24,445 bases of DNA, taken from the NCBI GenBank assembly GCA_044870765.1, contig JBIOZG010000007.1, positions 1-24,445 of the forward strand, in the 5' to 3' direction. How positions within the stretch are numbered: the stretch's first letter is position 1; each line of letters opens with the position of its first letter. The position numbers and the translations under genes are program-made. The notes under the pieces were generated by a model. That model made no database searches and had not been told where the DNA came from. It worked only from the letters and a program-made list of their open reading frames with translations. This document shows, piece by piece, positions 16,498-24,445 of this stretch. The DNA comes from Nitrososphaeraceae archaeon. GTDB taxonomy: Archaea; Thermoproteota; Nitrososphaeria; Nitrososphaerales; Nitrososphaeraceae.

Positions 16498-16803
16498 TTA
16501 GGAAAGAGAAAAGTACTGAGCGAGTCTGATCTTAAAGAATTAGTAATGCCTCAACAGGGTGAGTTGCTAGGACGTGTGATAAAACTAGTTGGCGGGGATA
16601 ACATAATTGTAAAATGCACAGACGGTAAAGTTAGAACATGTAGGATTAGAGGAAAGATAAAAAGACGTATGTGGATAAGAGAACACGATCTGGTTCTTAT
16701 TGCACCTTGGGATTTTCAGACTGAAAAGGCAGACATTGTTTGGAGATACATTTCTGCTCACGCTGAAAAGCTCCAAAAAGACGGTCACCTTGAAGGAATT
16801 TAG
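16498..16803 (+). CDS. eif1a: Translation initiation factor aIF1A; true start probably the non-canonical TTA at 16498 (first ATG is 16546)
   Basis: C.DGK.R.CRIRGKIKRRMWIRE.DLVLIAPWDFQ..KADIVWRY signature. The upstream in-frame extension GKRKVLSESDLKELV looks like the normal basic N-terminal tail. Confidence 0.93.
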   Translation, partial: LGKRKVLSESDLKELVMPQQGELLGRVIKLVGGDNIIVKCTDGKVRTCRIRGKIKRRMWIREHDLVLIAPWDFQTEKADIVWRYISAHAEKLQKDGHLEGI

Positions 16804-16823
16804 AAGAATAATTTCACGAGGAT

Positions 16824-17960
16824 CTAATCCTTGGGATAATCTCCTATTATTTTACCTTCAAAATCAAGTAGTATGATTTTTATCTGTAATTGAGACTCTG
16901 AATAATTACTTAAATGATGATGAACTTCTTGACATAACATATCGTAAAATAAAGCCAATCCAAATTCATCAACTAACTCGCCCGCATGTCTTGCAGTATT
17001 TGCTAACATTATTTTGTTGACTAGTTCACTATCAGCACCACATCTGCTTGCCATCTCCGCAAGAAAATTCATATCAACATGCGATCCTTTTACATGCGTT
17101 TGTTTTATTCCCATAGCCATTTTCGTTAATTTACCAATAAACCCTACCACATATGCCTTTTTTATTTTCTTCAGCGCACATTGCTTGATCGCAAATCCAA
17201 TAAAATCTCCAATTTGAATATAAGCATGATCCGCAATTGAATTTCCGTATATGGATCGAGCAAAATCTTCACTCCTTCCTCCCGTCGTAAGTATAACAGA
17301 ATCAGAATCCATTGCTCTTGAAACATCTATACTCTGGCGAATAGAAGCTGCAAACGACGCTGTGGAGTATGGAATTACTATTCCAGTAGTTCCTAAAATT
17401 GATATACCACCTATGATTCCTAATCTAGGATTATCAGTTTTCTTGGCAATTTGTTCTCCTTTGGGTACGCTTATGATTACTGATATCCCATATCTGTTTT
17501 TTAGTTCTCCCAGAACTTCATCAATAGCCTGATTTATCATCTTTAGCGGAGTCGGATTGATGGCCGGCTTTCCTATTTCTAGCCCCAATCCTGGTTTAGT
17601 TACTCTACCAACTCCTTTACCACCATCAATAATGATCTTGTCTGGTGTATCCAACAATGATACTTTGGCACAAATTTCAGCACCATTAGTAACGTCTGGA
17701 TCGTCTCCACCGTCCTTGATAACAGCCGCAGTAACAGATTTATCCTTATCATATTTACTCCAGGATATATTTACCGTCATTTGTTTCCCCTTCGGAAGTG
17801 AAACACTCACGTTTGATAGTTTTTTTCCGTTTATTAACATTGAAAGTGCAGCTTTAGTTGTAGCTGCCGCGCAGGTGCCTGTTGTAAATCCTGTTCTGAG
17901 CGAGCTTTTTTTACCACTCGGTATATTACTTTCTTTAGTATCATCCGCGTTTTGGAACAT
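16824..17960 (-). CDS. cbiD: Cobalt-precorrin-5B C1-methyltransferase
   Basis: LRTGFTTGTCAAA, KDGGDDPDVT, GVGRVTKPGL and NPRLGIIGGISILGTTG motifs. Confidence 0.97.
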   Translation of the reverse strand: MFQNADDTKESNIPSGKKSSLRTGFTTGTCAAATTKAALSMLINGKKLSNVSVSLPKGKQMTVNISWSKYDKDKSVTAAVIKDGGDDPDVTNGAEICAKVSLLDTPDKIIIDGGKGVGRVTKPGLGLEIGKPAINPTPLKMINQAIDEVLGELKNRYGISVIISVPKGEQIAKKTDNPRLGIIGGISILGTTGIVIPYSTASFAASIRQSIDVSRAMDSDSVILTTGGRSEDFARSIYGNSIADHAYIQIGDFIGFAIKQCALKKIKKAYVVGFIGKLTKMAMGIKQTHVKGSHVDMNFLAEMASRCGADSELVNKIMLANTARHAGELVDEFGLALFYDMLCQEVHHHLSNYSESQLQIKIILLDFEGKIIGDYPKD

Positions 17961-17973
17961 ATATTTTCACTTT

Positions 17974-18729
17974 TTAAATGATTATTTTTCCCCCATCAAT
18001 AATAATAGTATTTCCAGTTGAAAATGAAAAATTATCCCCCGCAATGGAAACTACGCTCTTGGCAATTTCCTCTGGTCGACCCAACCGTTTCATTGCGTTC
18101 TCTCTTTTTGCTTTGAGTAGTTCACTTCTTGAAAGGGATCTGCGCATAGCTTCCGTATAGATATCTCCAAGAGCAACCGAAAAAGATCTAATGTTATACT
18201 GACCATATTCTAAAGCTACATGTTTTGTCAGCGTGATTGATCCTGCTTTCGCTATGGAGTAGGGTGAACCATATGTATGTCCAGAAATGGCAGGAGTTGA
18301 AGCAATATTGATTATGACTCCTTTTCTTTTTTTCATCATTAGTTTCAATATTTCCTTTGTTACTCGAAAAGTGCCGATTAAATCAACTTGTAGAATATTC
18401 ATTAATTCCGTTTCGGAAATACCATGTATTTTCTTAAACCAAATTTTCTTTTCAAATGGAAAACCTGCATTGTTTATGAGGATATCTACACTGTCAAATT
18501 TTTTTGAAACATTTCCGATGAATTTCATTACACTCTTTCTATTAGAAACATCCAATTCAAATCCGTGACAATTTTTGTTTATTAAATTACAGGCTCTTGT
18601 CAATTTAGATTTTTTTCTAGAAGTAATTATGACGGTCGCTCCATTTTTTGTCAATTCCTTTGCAATCTCAAACCCAAGTCCCCCAGCGGCACCTGTGACA
18701 ATACCCATTTTTCCATCAAGATACAACAA
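17974..18729 (-). CDS. Short-chain dehydrogenase/reductase (FabG-like)
   Basis: VTGAAGGLG, DILINNAG and catalytic YSIAK motifs. Confidence 0.92.
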   Translation of the reverse strand: MLYLDGKMGIVTGAAGGLGFEIAKELTKNGATVIITSRKKSKLTRACNLINKNCHGFELDVSNRKSVMKFIGNVSKKFDSVDILINNAGFPFEKKIWFKKIHGISETELMNILQVDLIGTFRVTKEILKLMMKKRKGVIINIASTPAISGHTYGSPYSIAKAGSITLTKHVALEYGQYNIRSFSVALGDIYTEAMRRSLSRSELLKAKRENAMKRLGRPEEIAKSVVSIAGDNFSFSTGNTIIIDGGKIII

Positions 18730-18822
18730 TTCTAGATTTGTCGTTGGATATTTTAAACATTATTTGTAACGCAGACTCTCGCAATAACCTTTTAATTTAA
18801 TACTGTCCGTAGATGCATCCAG

Positions 18823-19692
18823 TTGTCTACTTTTTCAAAGGCGGGACATCTTGTTTCACTATTGAATAAGAGTGATTTTAAAATATTAAAAGTATTTGCT
18901 TCTTCGTTAAAAAATCGTCAATTTTTGAATCTTTCTACTCTGAGTCAATATTCCGATTTGAATCAAACTTTGATTAAACATCATCTAGAGCGGCTTGTTA
19001 AATTTGGATTGATAGGTAAGAGTAATTTGGGATATACATTGTTGGTAACAGGACTTGATATTTACGTATTAAAAATTCTCGCAAATAGGGACATAATTAC
19101 TGCTATTGGACCACAAATTGGTATCGGTAAAGAGGCTGAAGTTTATTTAGCTCATGATTCGTTAGAGCAAGACAAAATCTTAAAAATGTTTAGACTTGGA
19201 AGATCGAGTTTTAAACAGATAAAGCGGAACCGCGATATAAATGCAGGAGTTGGTAATTGGTTATTATTAAATATTGAAACAGCCAAAAAAGAATTCGATA
19301 TACTAAGTTATCTTAGAGATTTTAGTAGTTCGTTTCCAAAACCTCTTTACCGATCCTTTCACTGTATTGTCATGGAACCAATTTATGGTAGCAGGTTATC
19401 AGAAGTTGAGAATATCGATAATCCACAATTAGTTTTGGAAAGAATAATAGACAGCATGAGAACTGTATATCAAAAAGGATATGTTAATGGTGATCTTAAC
19501 GAATATAACGTTCTTATAGACAAGGACAATATTTTTATTATTGATTGGCCTCAGGCTATTAAAATTGATACTGTCAATGCAAACACATTCCTTGCAAGGG
19601 ATGTGAAAAATATCCTTAAATTCTTTTCAAGGAGATTTAAAATTGATAGAGACATTCAACACACAATCAACACGATAAAAGAAGCCGTCTAA
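18823..19692 (+). CDS. rio2: RIO2-type Ser/Thr kinase
   Basis: N-terminal winged helix (GYTLLVTGLD), IGIGKEAEVY, FRLGRSSF, GDLNEYN and IDWPQ motifs. Confidence 0.92.
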   Translation: MSTFSKAGHLVSLLNKSDFKILKVFASSLKNRQFLNLSTLSQYSDLNQTLIKHHLERLVKFGLIGKSNLGYTLLVTGLDIYVLKILANRDIITAIGPQIGIGKEAEVYLAHDSLEQDKILKMFRLGRSSFKQIKRNRDINAGVGNWLLLNIETAKKEFDILSYLRDFSSSFPKPLYRSFHCIVMEPIYGSRLSEVENIDNPQLVLERIIDSMRTVYQKGYVNGDLNEYNVLIDKDNIFIIDWPQAIKIDTVNANTFLARDVKNILKFFSRRFKIDRDIQHTINTIKEAV

Positions 19693-19706
19693 TTTATTGA
19701 GATTTA

Positions 19707-20852
19707 TTACATCTTGAATAACTTTGATTTGTCAGTTTTCTCCCATGAAAAATCAGGATCGTTTCTGCCAAAATGACCATACGCTGCAGTTTTCTTATAA
19801 ATCGGTCTTTTCAATCGTAACATCTCTATTATTCCTAGAGGCGTAGTATCAAAAATCTCTCTAACTTGAGTTTCAATTTTTTCTTCATTAATTTTTCCAG
19901 TGTTAAATGTATCTACCATGATGGAAACAGGTTCAGCCACTCCTATTGCATACGCCAGTTGTACTTCGCATTTTGAAGCCAGGCCTGATGAAACAATATT
20001 TTTCGCTATATATCTCGCCATATAGCAAGCAGATCTATCAACCTTTGAAGGATCCTTTCCTGAAAATGCTCCTCCTCCATGTCTGCCCATACCTCCATAT
20101 GTGTCAGCTATAATCTTTCGCCCAGTCAATCCGGTATCGCCCACAGGACCACCTATGACAAATCTTCCTGTAGGATTTACAAGAAACTTTGTAGACTTAT
20201 TTATTAGATCGTCACAAATTGGTTTTATTACCTTTGAAATAATCTCTTCTCTCACCTGAGATATTGATACATCTTCCGTATGCTGAGTCGATACAACAAC
20301 TGTCTCAATATTCTTTGGAACCGCATCTTCATAAATAACAGATACCTGAGATTTTCCGTCTGGTCCTATCCAATCCAAAGTTCCTTTCTTTCTTACCGCT
20401 GCTAATCTCATAGTCAATTTGTGGGCCAAAGTTATGGGTAATGGCATAAGTTCGGGGGTTTCGCTTGTTGCGTATCCAAACATTAATCCTTGATCCCCTG
20501 CTCCCTGAACTCCATCCTCATTTTTAGAAACACCCATTGAAATGTCTGGGCTTTGTTCATGGATTGAAGTTAGAACAGCACAGCTGTTTCCGTCAAATCC
20601 ATGTTTTAGTCCATCGTACCCGATATTTCTTACAGTTCTTCTAACAACGTCCTGCGCATCAAATTTTGCCGTGGACGTCACTTCGCCAGCTACAAACACT
20701 ATTCCGGTAGTAGTCATGGCTTCCACCGCAACTCTGGAATCTGGATCCTGGGAAATTATTTCGTCAAGTATTGAATCAGAAACTTGATCGCAAATCTTGT
20801 CAGGATGTCCTTCGGTTACACTTTCTGAAGTAAAAAGATAGCGCCCAGCCAT
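19707..20852 (-). CDS. metK: S-adenosylmethionine synthetase, bacterial/eukaryotic type
   Basis: [19 protein letters not shown] and [16 protein letters not shown] motifs. Confidence 0.98.
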   Translation of the reverse strand: MAGRYLFTSESVTEGHPDKICDQVSDSILDEIISQDPDSRVAVEAMTTTGIVFVAGEVTSTAKFDAQDVVRRTVRNIGYDGLKHGFDGNSCAVLTSIHEQSPDISMGVSKNEDGVQGAGDQGLMFGYATSETPELMPLPITLAHKLTMRLAAVRKKGTLDWIGPDGKSQVSVIYEDAVPKNIETVVVSTQHTEDVSISQVREEIISKVIKPICDDLINKSTKFLVNPTGRFVIGGPVGDTGLTGRKIIADTYGGMGRHGGGAFSGKDPSKVDRSACYMARYIAKNIVSSGLASKCEVQLAYAIGVAEPVSIMVDTFNTGKINEEKIETQVREIFDTTPLGIIEMLRLKRPIYKKTAAYGHFGRNDPDFSWEKTDKSKLFKM

Positions 20853-20888
20853 TTTTGCTTACGTCAAATCCCAAAAAAGTCTCTCTTT

Positions 20889-21137
20889 TTAGAGATCCTT
20901 TTCTATTTTGATAAATAACACATTGTTTCCTCGAATTACTACTTTCCCATAATTTGCAACAGGATTTGCACCATTAAATTCTTCGGCATCCAGTAGTATT
21001 AAATTCATGTATGAATCCACATTGTTCATTCTACCCCTATACTCCAACTCATTTTTAAGTCTGACAGATACTTTCATATTTAATGAGCGTTGCAAGATTG
21101 TTAACGGTCTTTTTGGTTGCTGTGGAGATGATGACAT
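20889..21137 (-). CDS. Sm-like archaeal protein (SmAP/Lsm)
   Basis: RPL..L, V.VRLK..EYRG....D.YMNL.L.DAEE and G.VVIRGNNV motifs. Confidence 0.95.
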   Translation of the reverse strand: MSSSPQQPKRPLTILQRSLNMKVSVRLKNELEYRGRMNNVDSYMNLILLDAEEFNGANPVANYGKVVIRGNNVLFIKIEKDL

Positions 21138-21238
21138 ATTAGTTTATCACTTGTGGTTTCAAAAAATAAGATCGACAATAAAAAGTTTCTCCCAAGGTCG
21201 CTGACATTGTATATAAATAATTGTAGGGTTTAATTTTT

Positions 21239-21937
21239 ATGAGTTTAATTACAACGGGATCGCCTTCGATTGATAAAGTACTTGGGGGTGGAATCAGAAC
21301 AGGTTTAATTACTAATATCTTGTCTGATTCGAGAGAATCCAGATTCAGTTTATGTTATTCGCTCTGTGTCAATGCGGCCAGACTCAACAGCAGTTCAACT
21401 GTCATATTTGGTGATACCCAAGGAATTTTTAGACCAGAGAAAATTCTTTCATACCTACGAAACGATCAAGATTCCAATTCCATACTTCACCAAATAAGAA
21501 GATTGAGAATTTTATCCACAAATGTCCAAATGATTCTTGTAAATTATGCGTTGCAATTGCACCCTGTCCTCATAATTATTGATAATTTTACCTATTTATT
21601 TTTAAATGAAAAGAAAAAAAAATTATCAGTACAATTTAGTCTCAGAAAGCACCTACACGATCTCGCTTTGAGCGCAATTAATAATGACGTAGCTGTGGTG
21701 ATTACTAATACGATCTCTTCGAAGAAGGAAAATAAGGATACCGAAGACATTTTTGAAAAAAAAGTTATCTCGTTTAATGAATTGCTTAACAAGACAATTT
21801 CTAATCTTACTCACGTGATTTTAGAACTAAAAACAGTAAAGGCTGATGAATCAAGATTTTCTGCAAAATCTTTGAAACCCAATACATCTGAAAAGACTTT
21901 TTTCATGATCAGACCCGACGGGCTTTATGACTGTTAA
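21239..21937 (+). CDS. RadA/Rad51 paralog lacking the N-terminal domain, with degenerate ATPase motifs
   Basis: ITTGS..IDKVLGGGIRTGLIT, DTQGIFRPEKI, LIIIDN and VAVVITN motifs. Walker A position reads SDSRESRF. Confidence 0.85.
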   Translation: MSLITTGSPSIDKVLGGGIRTGLITNILSDSRESRFSLCYSLCVNAARLNSSSTVIFGDTQGIFRPEKILSYLRNDQDSNSILHQIRRLRILSTNVQMILVNYALQLHPVLIIIDNFTYLFLNEKKKKLSVQFSLRKHLHDLALSAINNDVAVVITNTISSKKENKDTEDIFEKKVISFNELLNKTISNLTHVILELKTVKADESRFSAKSLKPNTSEKTFFMIRPDGLYDC

Positions 21938-22283
21938 TTTTTTCTAGTATCAAATTGCCCTTTCTCAGAGACTTCTTGTCATGCGAATAGATCCTCATTT
22001 AATCTATGCGCGATAAATAGAACAATCAAACATAATAAGAATTATAATGCGATTTTCAAAAATTATATTAATTGGAGATACTTTGTGTAAATTATCCTTA
22101 TGCATTTCTTCTTTGCAATTTATTTACAAGAGTAGAAACATTTATTAAGATTTTTTCTACGATATATGATTAAAAAGATGCTAATGGAGAACTTCCATAT
22201 CTAAAAATCGATAGGAAGAACGACTCCATTCCATCTTTCAAGGAAGGTTAATATCTATATAAACGACTTTTTATGATTGGCAA

Positions 22284-22613
22284 GTGGACAAACTAGAAAA
22301 ATTAATCAATATGCAAAGAAACCTCGCGACTGTTTTAGCTTCAACGCGTTATCCAACCAAGACTGAAGAAAGAATTTCATTTCTCTGCACTGCAATTACA
22401 CATGAAGCTGTAGAGTTGCAAAGGTTGACAAACTGGAAGTGGTGGAAAAAACCTACCGTTTTTAATGACGAAGAGGCCAAGGAAGAACTAATCGATATTT
22501 GGCATTTTGTACTTCAAGCAACTATTGAATTAAACATGACCGCCGATGACATTGTGAAGTACTATTCAAAAAAGAACAAGATAAACAAGAAAAGAAAAAA
22601 AATGAATTATTAA
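22284..22613 (+). CDS. All-alpha (dimeric-type) dUTPase / NTP pyrophosphatase
   Basis: E..EL, WKWWKK, EELIDIWHF and Y..KN..N..R motifs. Confidence 0.88.
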   Translation: MDKLEKLINMQRNLATVLASTRYPTKTEERISFLCTAITHEAVELQRLTNWKWWKKPTVFNDEEAKEELIDIWHFVLQATIELNMTADDIVKYYSKKNKINKKRKKMNY

Positions 22614-23095
22614 ATTATTCTTTCTATATACGATTTTACCCGGCTAAAATTTGTCTCTCCTATCAAATTGTGAATAGTACTTCGATTTCTAAAAGTCTGC
22701 ACATCTTCGTAGGATGAAACTAGAAAAGGATGTGGACTTTTTGCCGCAATAATTTTCCCTTCACTTGTAATTCCATAATTAAACAATGCAATTAACGAAT
22801 CACCAGCCATGTGACCGCTCACATCTTTTCCACATACGACTAGATGCATGAGATTCCTATTTGTGATACAGTAATGTATTACTTTATCTATTCCTTTGTT
22901 TTCAGAAAGTAATCTGCCAACTATGGCAACATTATCCATGAATTTAGTATCGTTTGAAATTTCGCTCAATAATTTGATACTAGACAAGGTACATATTGCG
23001 ATTGTACTTCCTCTCCCAAGATAATATTCATGCTTGATTGGAATCAAGTACTTACATAATTCTCCAAGATAGTTTTCAATTTTTTCATAAATCAA
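22610..23095 (-). CDS. Stand-alone soluble MtrA-like (corrinoid-binding) protein
   Basis: AICTLSS, AIVG.L.SENKGIDKVI, L..LVVCG.DV.GHMAGDSL.AL..G and KII.A....PFL match the MtrA fold. No C-terminal membrane helix. Confidence 0.85.
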   Translation of the reverse strand: MIYEKIENYLGELCKYLIPIKHEYYLGRGSTIAICTLSSIKLLSEISNDTKFMDNVAIVGRLLSENKGIDKVIHYCITNRNLMHLVVCGKDVSGHMAGDSLIALFNYGITSEGKIIAAKSPHPFLVSSYEDVQTFRNRSTIHNLIGETNFSRVKSYIERII

Positions 23096-23550
23096 TTTCA
23101 GTATCTCTCCATTATGATTTTAATATCAAATTATTGTATGTATTAATGAAAACAAGCATTCCGTCCTGTTAATTACGGTCTTGCTCTTATTATTTCCAGT
23201 CGTGTCGATAACCAACGATATGCTGTATTTTTCAAACTCATGTATTTTAGTGTATTCTGGATTCTGGTCGACTACCAAATAAATCTGCCAGCAGAAAATA
23301 TGCGGTAAGTGTGAGCTATACGTATGATGCAAGTTTGCTGCAATTGTTCAAGTGCAGACTTTGAATTGATAAATTAAGTTTGTTTCCAAAGAGGAGGGCA
23401 TGCCTTTAGCAATACAGATTGTTTTAGCCGCATTTTATGGTTTCCTTGTAAAAAAGAACACTCAATTACAAAGGCCCCAACTTTTATAGTAGGTCAAATT
23501 TGAATAAATCTAAGTATTCCCGACATGAAATGTCACTGTGGTGGTTTTAC

Positions 23551-24099
23551 ATGGAAAACAAAAATGGTTCAGATCAAGGCCTTGTAATTGTATACACTGG
23601 TAATGGAAAGGGAAAGACAACGGCTTCATTAGGAGTAGCCCTGAGAGCCGTAGGGCATGGACTAAAGGTTTGTATGGTCCAATTCATCAAGGGTGAATGG
23701 TATTATGGCGAGCTCAATAGTCTAAAGAAACTCGAACCAAATCTAGAACTAGTAGTTGCAGGAAAAGGATTCGTTGGAATTATTGATGACGATCATGATT
23801 TTCAGGAGCACGTACGGGCGGCAAAAACTGCGCTAGATATTGTTGAACAAAGGATATCTCATGATACTTTTGATATTATTATTTTGGACGAAATAAATTA
23901 CGCAGTTCATCTAGGACTTTTAGATTTAGCAGATGTCGTGAGGATCGTTCAAAATCGCCCAGAGCATCTCTCATTAATTCTTACTGGAAATCATGCCCGT
24001 GAAGAAATCATAATACTGGCAGATCTCGTTACCGAAATGAAAGAGATAAAACACCCATATAAAAAAGGAATCAAAGCTAAAAAAGGAATTGATTTTTAA
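23551..24099 (+). CDS. cobO: Cob(I)yrinic acid a,c-diamide / cob(I)alamin adenosyltransferase
   Basis: VYTGNGKGKTTASLG, QFIKG, ILDEINYA, ADLVTEM.EIKHPY and GIDF motifs. ATG 23551 preferred over the track's TTG at 23500. Confidence 0.95.
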   Translation: MENKNGSDQGLVIVYTGNGKGKTTASLGVALRAVGHGLKVCMVQFIKGEWYYGELNSLKKLEPNLELVVAGKGFVGIIDDDHDFQEHVRAAKTALDIVEQRISHDTFDIIILDEINYAVHLGLLDLADVVRIVQNRPEHLSLILTGNHAREEIIILADLVTEMKEIKHPYKKGIKAKKGIDF

Positions 24100-24385
24100 A
24101 TAATTGGCGGAATGTTGAACCTAGATTCTAGATATAAGAAAATGTACATTATGTGGATTTGACATCCAATGTTTCAATTCTGCGGCCTTTAGCGCTTATT
24201 CAAACTTAAGTAAAAAAAGATAGGCTATTCTCAGCTCAAACATGATAATTTTGCACCAAAATCCAAAGTAGACAAGAATAAGTATACTCAACCGAGAGCA
24301 TGTACTGCTGATAACAACCTGACTACCTGACTTTAAATAAGGTCAAGCAAACTTAAAGTATAGTACTTAAGTGCGTATGTTCTAA

Positions 24386-24445
24386 ATGGCCACCGATATC
24401 AAACAACTTCCAGAAGCAGGTGATTTGGTAATTGCAACCATAAAG
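24386..24445 (+). CDS. Probable aIF2 alpha subunit, first 20 codons (truncated by window end)
   Basis: MATDIKQLPEAGDLVIATIK resembles the 'LPE.G.LVIAT' start of the aIF2-alpha S1 domain; only 20 aa visible. Confidence 0.7.
   Translation, partial: MATDIKQLPEAGDLVIATIK

Noticed and set aside
612-21792. Many overlapping short ORFs in the track (e.g. 612..824, 3054..3257, 5690..5986, 6666..6890, 6731..6952, 8349..8696, 17557..18021)
   Set aside because: They are antisense or off-frame shadows of well-supported genes or of the tRNA, with no recognisable motifs.
23126-23332. 68-aa ORF between the mtrA-like gene and cobO
   Set aside because: No recognisable motif; a hydrophobic stretch on the opposite strand lacks a credible start, so neither reading is supported.

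Overview
AT-rich archaeal chromosomal segment, most consistent with an ammonia-oxidising archaeon (Nitrososphaeraceae, Thaumarchaeota). This is inferred from the archaeal histone, SmAP, aIF1A, RIO2, Tsr3 and RadA paralog together with a bacterial-type MetK, a 3-hydroxyacyl-CoA dehydrogenase and cobalamin genes. From about 8 kb to the end the window is mostly housekeeping genes. The first 8 kb is accessory-like and holds the best candidate for an undescribed system: a TfuA-associated (thioamide-class) YcaO pair. Divergent from it is an unannotated 58-aa protein (1677..1853, -) resembling the NHLP leader-peptide clan but with no core peptide. Beside that is an unannotated 25-aa CTxx-periodic peptide ORF (1517..1594, +) or its 52-aa antisense alternative, and a sulfite reductase/rhodanese operon converges on tfuA. 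Other notable points: aIF1A appears to start at a non-canonical TTA codon behind a strong SD, there is a soluble stand-alone MtrA-like protein beside cobO, a RadA paralog has a destroyed Walker A, and there are several pseudogene fragments and candidate structured RNAs. All family calls come from motif recognition by eye; no database search or folding program was run.
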